Positions 25,400 through 37,923 of a DNA stretch of 64,000 nt are shown here, in pieces; within the stretch, counting starts at the first letter, position 1, and every line of letters starts with the position of its first letter. Both the position numbers and the translations under genes were made by a program. Below the pieces are notes generated by a model that ran no database searches, was not told the DNA's origin, and saw only the letters and a list, made by a program, of their open reading frames with translations. The stretch comes from Octopus sinensis. Taxonomy: Eukaryota. The DNA is taken from assembly GCF_006345805.1 (NCBI RefSeq), contig NC_043000.1, positions 108,996,001 to 109,060,000 on the forward strand. Reading direction: 5' to 3'.

Positions 25400-25665
25400 C
25401 TTTATCAACCATTGAACCTTCGTGCACTCTCAGTGAAGCCGCTTGATAAAAATTGACCTTGAACTCACTTCCATTGTTTACAGCTGTGCTTGGAAGGAAG
25501 GTGTGTAGCGTGTGATCATCGTATTCATCGTGACAGAGAAAGTTGTCATGGCAATACCTGCTCAGAGGCATACGAAAAATTGCAGTGTATGGAGAAGAGA
25601 GTATGAGCCGCACCCAGATGTACAAGTGGTTCAGACGTTTCCAAGATGGCCGAAAACATGTTGTG
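25400..25665 (+). mobile_element. Mariner 5' fragment (N-terminal HTH)
   Basis: AVYGEESMSRTQMYKWFRRFQDGRKHV resembles the mariner HTH. Confidence 0.75.
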
Positions 25666-25858
25666 CCAAAACTGCTTTCAGGCGATCAGAAAGACACTGA
25701 GGTTTCAGTTGCACAAGATATTGATTGTGTCAAGAACAATGAAAACTTTTCGAAAACTTTGCGTGGGCCTCTGAGTAGGTATCACAAAGCTTTTAGTGTG
25801 TCTATGTGTGCATGCATATAGTGTGTGCATCAGCAAACTCGAATATACAACGAGAGAG

Positions 25859-25905
<47 letters not shown>

Positions 25906-26006
25906 GACAGAGAGGAGAGAGAATGAGTAAGGAAAACGACAGCACAAAACAGAAATAGGAACATACATATGCATAAATGCGGATTTGAGAGCCCTGGTAC
26001 ACACGC

Positions 26007-26061
<55 letters not shown>

Positions 26062-26241
26062 TACGTACACGTCCATACACATCCAACTAAACGTATGTAA
26101 AGCAGAGGAATTCACATGTACACAAATGCAGATAAAGATTGAAAGATAATGAGATAAAGAAGCAACTACCTATATATATATATATATATATGTACGCACA
26201 CACTCACATATATGTATATACATACATACACACATGCATAC

Positions 26242-26279
<38 letters not shown>

Positions 26280-26380
26280 CATATTATTTACATATATATT
26301 ATATATATTCATACATATGCGCACACATATACACACATACACACACTCACAAATATACAGGCATATTCATATATTTATAC

Positions 26381-26437
<57 letters not shown>

Positions 26438-26702
26438 ATAACGTAGACATACACGCATGGATAGGCAGATAGAACCGCAAACAAGCAGATACCAAACAAA
26501 TGACAGACATCTATTCGTTGTTTATATCAATTTGATGAGGATTCCATCTCCTCTCTATCTGTTATATCGCTCTACAGGACATAAGCGGCCACTTGCATTA
26601 TGGCATTTTTTTTGTATCGTATGAGGAATCTGTTATTCTCATAGACTCCTGATTTTGCTGCTCATGTACACAAACACACATACACGCACATGTACAGTTA
26701 AA

Positions 26703-26739
<37 letters not shown>

Positions 26740-26897
26740 GTTCGACCATACATACACACATAAACACGCCTACATACACATACAAATTAAAGCATTTTTT
26801 TCGGACCAACGACTAGGAATTAAAGGTTTCTTCACTCTCAGACTTGTCTTCGAGTCTATTCTGAGTTGCTGGTCATAACTTTTTTAGGCTCCCCTGG

Positions 26898-26951
<54 letters not shown>

Positions 26952-27469
26952 CTGTATATACATATATAGATACATGCTCACACGTATTAATATGAATGTA
27001 TATTATATATTATATATCATATGTGTGTGTGTTTGTGTGTGTCCTTATACATAGGGAAAATATGTTTGCTTTCTTCGTACATACTTTCTACCTAACCGGT
27101 TTCACTTTGTTTGCTTCTAGTCCAACTGTTGTTATTCCAGAGTACTTCTTTATGTTTATGTCTGACCTCATTCGCATTGCGCTCTCTATCAATCCTGGGT
27201 ACTGGCTTCGGAACACTGGTAGTATTTTACTGTTGTCTTTTTTCCTGAGTTTCTCACTTTATCTAACTTGTAGTTTACTATAATGAAGGTGAAATTGATA
27301 CCTGAGATGACTAGTGTAATTATACTTATTTCTAAAATTGATAATCACTTGTAGAACAATGTTAAAAGTTTGAATTTTAAAAAGAAAATGTTTAGAATAT
27401 GTTTAATTGTTTTGTAAATTTTTAGAAAGATCATAAAATTTCGTTCAGGTTATAATATCAGAAGCACGC

Positions 27470-27717
27470 ATCTTCTTCTTCTTCTTCTTCTTCTTCTTCT
27501 TCTTCTTCTTCTTCTTCTTCTTCTTCTCTTCTTCTTCTTCTTCTTCTTCTTCTTCTTCTTCTTCTTCTTCTTCTTCTTCTTCTTCTTCTTCTTCTTCTTC
27601 TTCTTCTTCTTCTTCTTGTCCTCCTCCTCCTCCTCCTCTTTTCCTCCTTCACCTCCTTCTCCTCCTTCTCCTCCTCCTCCTCCTCTTCTTCTTCTTCTTC
27701 TTCTTCTTCTTCTTCTT
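27470..27717. repeat. Long (CTT)n/(CCT)n polypyrimidine tract
   Basis: Direct; potential H-DNA. Confidence 0.95.
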
Positions 27718-29589
27718 GAGTGGAAGAGCAGCGCATGCCATCAAAGTGACACTGTGGTACAAATATATGACACCTAATATACCCATCATGCCCACCCGTC
27801 TGATAAGGGTACATCTGACACAAGCACCACAACCATATGTGCATGACATGGCGATCTAATATCTATTGCAGGTGGGGCCCAGTAAGAATTTTCCTCAGGT
27901 GGAGTAGCCTATCCCGCTCAAAAGGTCCCTTAATAAGGATTGTTAAAGATGTTGAATAAAACACCCATGTTTCCAAATGTGAATTATTCAAACCCCAAAG
28001 AATTCCTCTCAACACATGGCTATGATGCTCCCTTACTACTTCTGCTCATGATCAGAGATGCACATATCGTCAGCCACTAAGGGACATGGTCAACTGCTTA
28101 AAGTCAAGCAACTGACAAGCAAATCTGTGGTATTGAGCAGAATATTTTCTGTAATCCGTCTTTTATACCAAGACACAAACAATATACATAATAAGACTTT
28201 CAATTAGCTAAGATTGGAAATGTTGTCATGTACATTATTTTGTCTTGGTAATTATCATTTCTTTTTCTCAGGTTTTGTTGGAAGACCTGCAGCCTACGGT
28301 ACCCTGCCATTCGGTCTTTTCAGATATCTAATACTTTCCTGATTATTCAGGCCGTGTCGAGGTAAGCCTTTTGGAATAGCTGTACCGGAGGAAGCGCTGA
28401 GCTTGCAGAATCGTTAGAACACCGGACAAAATGCCTTGCAGCATTTCGTCCGTCTTTAAGTTCTGAGTTCAAATTCCGCTGAAGTAGATTTTGCCTTTCA
28501 CTTTTTCAGGGGTCGATGAAACAAAGTACCAGCCAAGAACCGATGTTGATGTAATCGACCAGCCCCCTCTCTACCAAAAAAGGAAAAAAATCAGCCCTGT
28601 GCCTAGAGTAGAAAAAAATTATTATTATTATTATAGGAAATCGGCGGGAAGCAGCATCGTAAGCGACAATTCATCCATCTTTGCTGAATTCCAAATCGGC
28701 CGTGGTTAATTTTGCGTTTCCTCCTTTCAGGATCTATAAAATAAAACACCAGTTGAGCACAAGGGTCGATCTAATCAACTACTTCTCCCACAAAATTTCA
28801 GGCCTGGGCCTTTAGTAGAAAGAATTATTATTATCATCATTGTTGTTGTTGTTGTTGTTGTTGATTTTATTTCATCATAAAAATATTTTGGTGGTTAAAT
28901 TCACCTAAAAATTCATGCCCTAATTCCTCATTGGAATATTCTGCGAATAACTTTTACACTGTCTTTATGGTTATTAAAAAAATGCAGTGAGAAAAGTAAA
29001 GAAAAAAAGAACCACCCCCAAAAAATCGGTGGTGAAACGAAAGCGTAAATAATAAGGAAAAAAAAAAACATAAAAAGGAAAAAAAAACAAAAAAACAAAA
29101 CAAAAAAGAAAGAAAGAATCAAAAGCGAAAGATAAAGGAAATGCGTTTTACTGCTAAAATATTTTCTTGATGCCAAAATGAAAAAGAATATTAAAAAAGA
29201 AATGCTGAAAAGATATGAAAAAAAAAAAAAAGATAAATGAAAGAAACGGAGTAGAAATGAAGAGAAAGTAAGCGTAAGAGGGGAAGCAATTATTGAAGAA
29301 ATATCAACAATATGGCTGCGAGACTGTGTCTCAGGGGAGCCTTTTGCACACTAAATACACACACGGTAGGATTTCAAATATGTAATAAAGTCAGTTGAAA
29401 AAAATAATTTCGATCAACTGAGATTATCAAAGCAATTAGTAGATAAAAGCTCGCTCTAGAGATGCTTACAATTAAGAAAAAAGGAAAAAAAGGGAGACAA
29501 CTTTATTCAAATCAGCTGACTGAAATTTCTTGGAAAATATAAACGAAAGATAGGAGATCCTAACTATGACCGAACTAATATAAGCAATG

Positions 29590-30075
29590 GGATTTGACTT
29601 CTATGACAACAGGCAGCAAAACGGGAGAATTCCCAGGTCTGTGAGCTTAGGTGCGTTAACCTTGTTGAGAGAGGATGCCGATACAGGGGATATTATAGGT
29701 AATTTCCAGCCCATAGCCCTGCTGAATGTAAAGTTTAAAATTTTGGCTAAGGTTTTGGCACAGACGTTGCTGCTAGTCATGGACGGTTTGGTCGGAGAAA
29801 CTCAAGCATGTACGATCCCCAGCAAATCCATCTACGACAACATCATGAATTACATCATAGAAAGGAATGAGTAGCAAATCTGGTATCGGGATGGTGGGGG
29901 GGCCCTATTAATTAGGATCGGTCAAAAGCCTAGGTTAGGGCTGAGCACTGCTACTTGGCAAAAGTCCTAAAAGCAGTCAGTTTCGGAGCCGTTTTCGGTA
30001 GCTGCATCGCAGCAATGCATACCGACGCTTGCTCGGTGGTAAAAGTAAATGGGAACCTCTCAGAACCGTTATGAA
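29590..30075 (+). mobile_element. L1/Tx1-type LINE reverse transcriptase fragment
   Basis: NFQPIALLNVKFKILAKVLA...Q.CTIPSKSIYDN, followed by a decayed segment resembling RT domain 3 and VVKVNGNLSEP. Confidence 0.8.
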
Positions 30076-31382
30076 TATGAATCTTACAAGGTTTCTGGAA
30101 AGTAGCCCAAGAGAGCAGACTAAAGACACAAACAGTCAACTTTCATTTGCCTAATAGAGCAAATTGAAAACTTCATTTCAATAAGATTAAGCACGCAATT
30201 AGTAGACAATTACTCTCTAAAGAGTACTTAAAATGTAAAAATAATACGCAAGGGAGATAACGTAAATAAAATCAGCTAATTGAAATTTTGTAGAAATAAA
30301 AACGATACAGATGTCAGTCGATCTGTTATTACACGGAAATCTGCTTCGTGAAGTTGATGAATTTAATGAAACTTCCATTCGCAAGTATCTAATTCAGCTC
30401 CACCTCCGCTGATTTTGTGTCTATTTCTAGGCCTCACACTCACCCACAGGCCACTATATCCAATTGACGATTACTAGAACCTAACATTTCAATAAGCAAA
30501 GCCTATCAAGATGCATACATTTTGTAAAAACCTCACATCTGGAATTTAGAAGGTCGATGCCGTTATTTGATCTAATAAGGATGTGTGTACTTTCTGTGCT
30601 TTGTGAGTCATTATTTTATGGCTTAAATTTCTCAGCGATACTTTACTTGATGATGTGTGGTATAAGTGCTGTTCTTCAGGACCCGCATATAGAAACTAAT
30701 GTCCATTATACAATGTTATTTATTGTTGAAATCTTGTCTGGTCATTAGTTAGAATTTTGTTGATTAAACTGGCTAGAAATACGCTTCTTCGACAGAAGCG
30801 CAGAACAATGGTAGCGACCGGTAATGAATTGTTAACATTTTGGTTCGTAAGTCACTACCACATCGCCTTTACCAGCTGCGAATATTCCACACGCGGACTT
30901 ATTACCACAACGACATAATCAAGCATACACCTATACATATTAAACATATTAAACATATTTACACTCATATATAGAATATATACACTCATAGATACATTCA
31001 TATTTACAAATATGCACACACATACACTCACGTATATAACACACAATGTACTCACATTTATATACGCAGAACTTTTTCTCTTCATAAGTTCCACCCAATT
31101 CTGTCTTGTAATATCCGACATATCATATAAACATCATTGTTAGAGATATATATTTATGATGAAGTTGTACGAAAAGCATGTTACGGCCTGAAACATTGGA
31201 TTAGACAAATCTACACTTTCTCTCTCCTTCAACACCTGTTATGTTTCTAAATACGTCAATACATTTTGTAGGACACCTACACTTACGTATCTTTTACTTG
31301 ATTCAGTCATTGGACTGAAGTCATGCTGGGCTACCGTATTGAAGAGTTTTAGTCGAACGAATCGTCCCGTAGTACTTTATCG

Positions 31383-31456
<74 letters not shown>

Positions 31457-31473
31457 ACACACACACAACACAC

Positions 31474-31511
<38 letters not shown>

Positions 31512-31523
31512 GCAGAATATATA

Positions 31524-31907
31524 GAAGCACTCCGTCGGTTACGACGACGAGGGTTCCGGTTGATCCGAATCAACGGAACATCCTGCTCGTGAAATTAACG
31601 TGCAAGTGGCTGAGCACTCCACAGACACGTGCACCCTTAACGTAGTTCTCGGGGATATTCAGCGTGACACAGAGAGTGACAAGGTCGGCCCTTTGAAATA
31701 CAGGTACAACAGAAACAGGAAGTAAGAGTGAGAGAAAGTTGTGGTGAAAGAGTACAGCAGGGATCACCACCATCCCCTGCCGGAGCCTCGTGGAGCTTTT
31801 AGGTGTTTTCGCTCAATAAACACTCACAACGCCCGGTCTGGGAATCGAAACCGCGACCCTACGACCGCGAGTCTGCTGCCCTAACCACTGGGCCATTGCG
31901 CCTCCAC
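31524..31907 (-). mobile_element. Full-length tRNA-Arg-like SINE (family C)
   Basis: Intact A/B-box head and hairpin-rich tail. Confidence 0.9.
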
Positions 31908-31935
31908 ACACAGACATATACGTGTGTATAAGTGC

Positions 31936-31992
<57 letters not shown>

Positions 31993-32023
31993 CACATACA
32001 CACATGCATATATATATAGATAA

Positions 32024-32073
<50 letters not shown>

Positions 32074-32192
32074 CGATTTAGGAGTGACCCCAACAGGTCA
32101 CTCGTCCACCAGAAAGAGCAGCCATAACTCACACCGCCAAGTATTATTAATTCAGAAATTAGGTGAAAATTTAAAAACATTTACCCTAATTC

Positions 32193-32295
32193 ATCTTTTA
32201 GACGTTGCAACGTTTCTGTGTCATTAATGATTAAATTAGCTTAATTAAATTAAATTAAGCCAATCTACCATAGGTTACACTTCATCAGTAAAGAC
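32193..32295 (-). ncRNA. Type I hammerhead ribozyme with a large stem II insert
   Basis: Minus strand: GUCUUUA-CUGAUGA-A GUGU [55 nt] ACAC A-GAAA-CGUUGCAACG-UC-UAAAAGAU. Perfect 12-nt palindrome ACGUUGCAACGU; GUC triplet (C17 = 32201). Confidence 0.8.
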
Positions 32296-32461
32296 CTGGG
32301 AGAGACAAATATACACGAGGCGTCTGTATCGAAGCCTACGGGATATCTGACTTAAAATTTTCAAGACTGACGTATTCGCGCCAAACTTATCAACAGTAAA
32401 TATAAACTGCCGATTCAATCTCAGAATTATTCAGAAAATTATCTAATTATCTAAATTGACT

Positions 32462-32500
<39 letters not shown>

Positions 32501-32545
32501 CACATACACACATGCATATATATATAGATAAGTGTATATATAATA

Positions 32546-33136
32546 TTTAAAGTATAATTATAAATATATAGTTATAAATAAGGGTACTGGAGGGATAGCG
32601 CCTGAATGCTTGAAATAGATGTCGAACGACTACAAACCACTTGAGTTAACACTCCGTTTATCACAAGACTGTATGCGAGAAAAATCGACAAATAAAAAGA
32701 AAAAAAGATTTGTCCATTTTCCTTCCATACAGCCTTGTGATATGTCTGAAATATATGAATATATTCGTGTTTGTACGAGTGTATCCCTACGGGTATGTAT
32801 ATGTATTTCTCATTCATTTACGATCGATGTACCCTACTGAAGATTGTAAAGCAATTTTAATATTGCAAAACATGAAATCTTAAGATACAGGGGTGTCCAC
32901 AATATTTTTATAAATCCTTCTTTTTGTCCATTTTCCTTGTATACAGCTTTGTGATAAAACGGATTGTTAACTTAAGTGGTTTGTAGTTGTTTGACGTCTA
33001 TTTCAAGTGTACAGGTGCTGTCTCTCCAGCGCCCTTATTTATAATTATATATTTATAGAATGGTTCCACCGTACATGTCTCTACGAGAGATTTAGAAATT
33101 TAGTATTTCTGATATATATTTATAATTATACTTTAA
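32546..33136. mobile_element. Fold-back element with nested inverted repeats
   Basis: 32546-32569 vs 33113-33136 and ~32570-32700 vs ~32920-33055 are inverted; the 33060-33120 segment recurs at 44145-44200. Confidence 0.75.
32832..32892 (+). ncRNA. Type I hammerhead ribozyme (stem I junction pair mismatched)
   Basis: CCCUA-CUGAAGA-U UGU AAA GCAAU..AUUGC AAA ACA U-GAAA-UCUUAAGA-UA-CAGGG. Palindrome AUCUUAAGAU; AUA triplet (A17 = 32887). Confidence 0.65.
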
Positions 33137-33229
33137 ATATTAATTTAACCTGTATGGTTCTTTTGTACGCTGGCCACTGATAAACCATTAAATAGTGGCT
33201 TTATCCTAATTATGTATAAATATGCATGT

Positions 33230-33350
<121 letters not shown>

Positions 33351-34595
33351 ACACCACACCACACACTTACACACAAATGATGTTATGAAGAATAGCAAAA
33401 TAAATAACATTAGAATATTATATAAAAGTGTTTTAATAAAACAAAAATATCTCCAGTTACCGAAAAGAGATAAAAATGAAATAAAAACCGAATCTCATAC
33501 AAACGAAATCAAGCAATAAAACAAAAAAAATTACGAAACAAGAAACAGAGAAAAACAAACAAAAAGGCAAACATGGCAGAAGGAAATAAAGTTAATCGTC
33601 CATTTTTATCTAAACATCAGTTTTTCGTCGCTCTGTAGGATCGTCTGCCTTTAACATTTTCAATACATCGCATATTATTATCATTATATTTTTATTTTCT
33701 ATATTTCCTTCCCTTGTATTTCTCACAAATTTAATGAGTTTTTAAAGACAACTTGAGAAAAACAAGGCCTCTGTTTCTGACGATCATTTTTTTCTTCTTA
33801 TAACCTCCCGCCTGTGTACTTACAAATCGTCTGACAACTAACACGAATTTTGATGTCATGCCTGCCATTTTGTTATTCATTTATTTATATTTCCTTATTT
33901 ACTTCTCTATTTATTTATTTTCGTTTGCCACTATTTTTCGCTCCTGTGGTTGGTAACAAAAACACAAAACAAAAACACAAAACACAAACTGCAGTCTGTA
34001 AACATATTCCTGTTGCACAGATTCTGCAGTTGTTGTTGTTGTTGTTGTTGCTGTTGTTGTCGTTTCTCTTGTTGGTTTTATGGTTTCTTGTGTTAATCTC
34101 ATTTTCATTCTTGTTGCTGTTCTTATTTCTCATCGTAGACGCCTTTGTTTTATTCGTTTCACAGCATTTCTTCTTCTTCTTCTTCTTCTTCTTCTTCTTC
34201 TTCTTCTTCTTCTTCTTCTTCTTCTTCTTCTTCTCTTCTTCTTCTTCTTCTTCTCCCTTGACAAAGTAGCAATAGTAAAATAATGACGATAATATTTACG
34301 ACAATGATGACAACGACGACAACGATAATGATGATGATGATGACGACGATATATATATTAATGATCTTGTTACTGTAATAATCCTTTCTACTATAGGCAC
34401 TAGGTCTGGATTTTTGCGTGGGAAGGAATCGAACATATCGACCCCAGCATTTGACTGGTACTTAATTTATCGAACCCGAAAGGATGAACGGCAAAGTCGA
34501 CCTCGGCGGAATTTGAACTCAGAACGTATCAACGGGCGAAATACCGCTAAGCATTTCGTCTGGCGTGCTAACAATTCTGCAAGTTCGCCACCTAC

Positions 34596-34654
<59 letters not shown>

Positions 34655-35670
34655 TTTATCATGTACATTGTTTTGTCTTGGTATAAAAATGGGCTACAGC
34701 AAATATTCTGCTCAATACCAAAACGGACGGTGCCACCATTCACTATCTCTTTCACTTCCTCTCTTTCTCTCTCACTCTCTCCCTTTCTGTCCCACTCTCC
34801 CTTTCTCTCTCTCTCTCACTTACCTCCTCTCTGTCCTCCTCTCTCTGGCTTTGCAACTTCTTTGAAGTAAGTGTGACGCACACAACAGGTACGTACAAAA
34901 ACAAAAAAGTTAGCGTATTAATATTATTGATGATAATGGTTTCACATTTTGCCACAAGGGCAGCAATTTTGGGGAAGAGGATAAGTCGATTACATCGACC
35001 CCAGTCTTCAGCTGGTGCGATTCAAGTTAGACATAGCTTCAGCCAATGCTACTCGAAACTTATCTAAGTATATATATATATAAATATATATTCGATCCAT
35101 CAACACCATTCGAAAGAATTAAAGATAAAATTTACCTTAGAAGAATTTGAACTCAAAATTTAGTGTCAGAATAAACACTGAAAATCCATTACCCTATTAA
35201 TAATAACAGTAGTAACAACACCACGACCACCACTATGGACAACAACATTAAAAAAAAGGCTTTTTATAAATACTAATGGCTTTAGATTCTTGCTGTTGAT
35301 GCTGCAATTATGTTTTCCGGTATTAGACTCGTAAATTAAGATAATGTAGATGTTATCATTCTAATATTAATCTGAAAGGAATATATATGTGTGATCTCTT
35401 CATGCCACAAAATGTTACACCCTCCGTACACACACACACAAACACGAACACACATATATACACACACATATAGATATAAACATATATACACATATTTGTA
35501 TATGATGCATATGTATAGATATTTATACATGTAGGTATATGATGTATATATATAACGTGACGCATATTTGCCATTTGTGTTACGATGTGTTACCGCTACT
35601 GTTTATAACTCGTTCTGAGATTTATCATTATATATATATATAATATATATATATATATATAATATATATA

Positions 35671-35724
<54 letters not shown>

Positions 35725-37731
35725 ATACGTACGGGGAGAGAGAGAGAGACAAAAAAAAACAGCTCTCCATACATTAGCCTCTTTGCAATATTCTTAAGAA
35801 TGCCAAGACTTACGTCCTCTTTTTGCTAAAAATATATGTTAAGTAATCCGTTTCCACCTAAAAGACGATTATGGAATGGTTATCCAGAGCATTCTGCATG
35901 TCAACCCCCTTAAATGATATTAGAACATCGCACTGCTCTGCCACCGTTGCCAAGGTGGCTTTACGCCATTGCAAGCAAAACAGATTTACCAAATTTAATA
36001 TTGTGGCCCCTCATTTCCTAATTTCTCTTTTCCTCTTCCTGAAAACTTTGGCCTTTCTATACATTAATGATCTTATTACTGTCATAATCCTTTCTACTAT
36101 AGGCACAAGGCCTGGATTTCTGTGGGGAAGTGGGGAAACCGAACACATCGACCCCAGTATTTGACTGGTACTTAATTTATCGACCCCCGAAAGAATGAAA
36201 AACAAAGTCGACCTCAATGGAATTTGAACTTTGAGCGTAGCGACAGACGAAACACCGCTAAGCATTTCGCTCGGCATGCTATAACGATTCTGCCAGCTCG
36301 CCACCCTTTCATTATTGTAATAATAACGAAGTATTGAAGACGATGGTTTCTTTTTTAATCAAAAGATGATACTGTGATAGCAGATTGTTTATCCTCGGCC
36401 CACTTCGAAAGCAAATTTCCAACATAACTCACGACTGTATATAGATGAGGATTTGGAAATCTCAAACGACTACAACAAGAACAGATAAAGAAAGGTATGA
36501 ACAGATATGTTTAATTAGTTTAGTTAAGTATATCCTCTAGCACCAATTTCCCAGGAATGATTTTATATAAAAACCAAAGGAGTAAATAATAGACATCGAC
36601 AAAGAATTTCGACCATGTCCTGTGGTATAACGAGGTGTCAGCTAGAAACGGTTAAAACGTGAAAATATTTTCGAACGTTGTCTCAAACATAGACAGCATT
36701 TCCTGTCTCTAGTAAGCAATATTTCTCAAGACATAGTGAAATCTTTTCAATGCACACAAAGTTAAGATCAGCTATTCTTGCTCGGAGATTATTGTTTCCC
36801 AGATCACACACAATCAGCAAAAACATACATCCACACAGTCAACACCCAGTCAGTTAACGACTGCCGAATTCCTTTAAATTCACCACTCAAGGAATCCTTT
36901 CTTTCCAAAGGAGTGGTATATCGAGAGCGCCCATGGGCAGGCATACGATACACATCTTTAATCGCTTAGGTCACGAAGAAAGAAATTTCTAACTTCTCTC
37001 GCTGAAGTTATTCTAAACTCAACGATCAACGATCCAAATGTTCTCAAATAACATGGAATATTTTAACAGAGAGCGAAACTAGAGAGTTTAATAACCTAGA
37101 TTTCATAAATCCAAGAACGAAAACGGGTAGTATTATGTTCTCATAGCTCTAAAGATGTTTCTTGTTGGTCAAAGCAAATCACTTAGACTTTTAGAGACTG
37201 GCTGAAAGACAACTGGTTAACTATGATGTTATGGAAGGGAAGCTACACAGTCCTTGCCTATAACCACGAGCAAGAAATTTTCATCCTTGAGATATGCTGT
37301 TTACGAGCTTATTTAGTTCAACTTGAGATTTTCAACTGCTAGATATGTTCTCAGAGGAAATATTTCTCTGGTGACGAGACATTGGGAATGTTTCGGACTC
37401 GGTGTTGAAAGACATTGCTTGTTACTTCAATATCTGTAACTTCTCAGACAAAAATCAATATTTTCACAACCGTCTAAATTATGGAGCACTTTTATTGATA
37501 GTATTCCATGTTATTCAAGAATAATATACATACACACATACGTACATACAACACACACAAACACACACACACATACATTTTGGGAGTTATTTATATATGT
37601 ATATACATATATATATGCATGTATATATACACACATATGCATATACACATGCATATATATTTATGTATATACATGTATGTATATATATATATTCATGTAT
37701 GTATGCATCTATCTATCTAACTATCTATCTT

Positions 37732-37777
<46 letters not shown>

Positions 37778-37778
<1 letters not shown>

Positions 37779-37882
37779 AGTAAATATATGGCACAACGTT
37801 GTGCCATATATTTACTTCTATGTATAATTTTCCCTCACGGGCTATTCTTTACTGGAAAGCAATACTCTCGTATTGCATTACT
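37778..37882 (+). mobile_element. Fragment of the 429-bp HHR repeat family with a perfect 40-bp terminal palindrome
   Basis: 37800-37882 is the reverse complement of ~5168-5260; 37778-37817 is palindromic about AAC|GTT. Confidence 0.85.
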
Positions 37883-37892
37883 ATTTATATAT

Positions 37893-37923
<31 letters not shown>

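Noticed and set aside
27790-28200. Dispersed-repeat-like segment possibly containing an HDV-like ribozyme
   Set aside because: Could not assemble the P1-P4 double pseudoknot by eye; family identity unsupported within this window.
31840-31907. tRNA-Arg gene (also 19745-19812 and 61105-61180)
   Set aside because: SINE heads: no complete cloverleaf and they continue into SINE bodies.
32885-32900. TACAGGGGTGTCC as a Tc1/mariner TIR
   Set aside because: No matching inverted partner found; it overlaps the HHR cleavage site and stem I, which explains it better.
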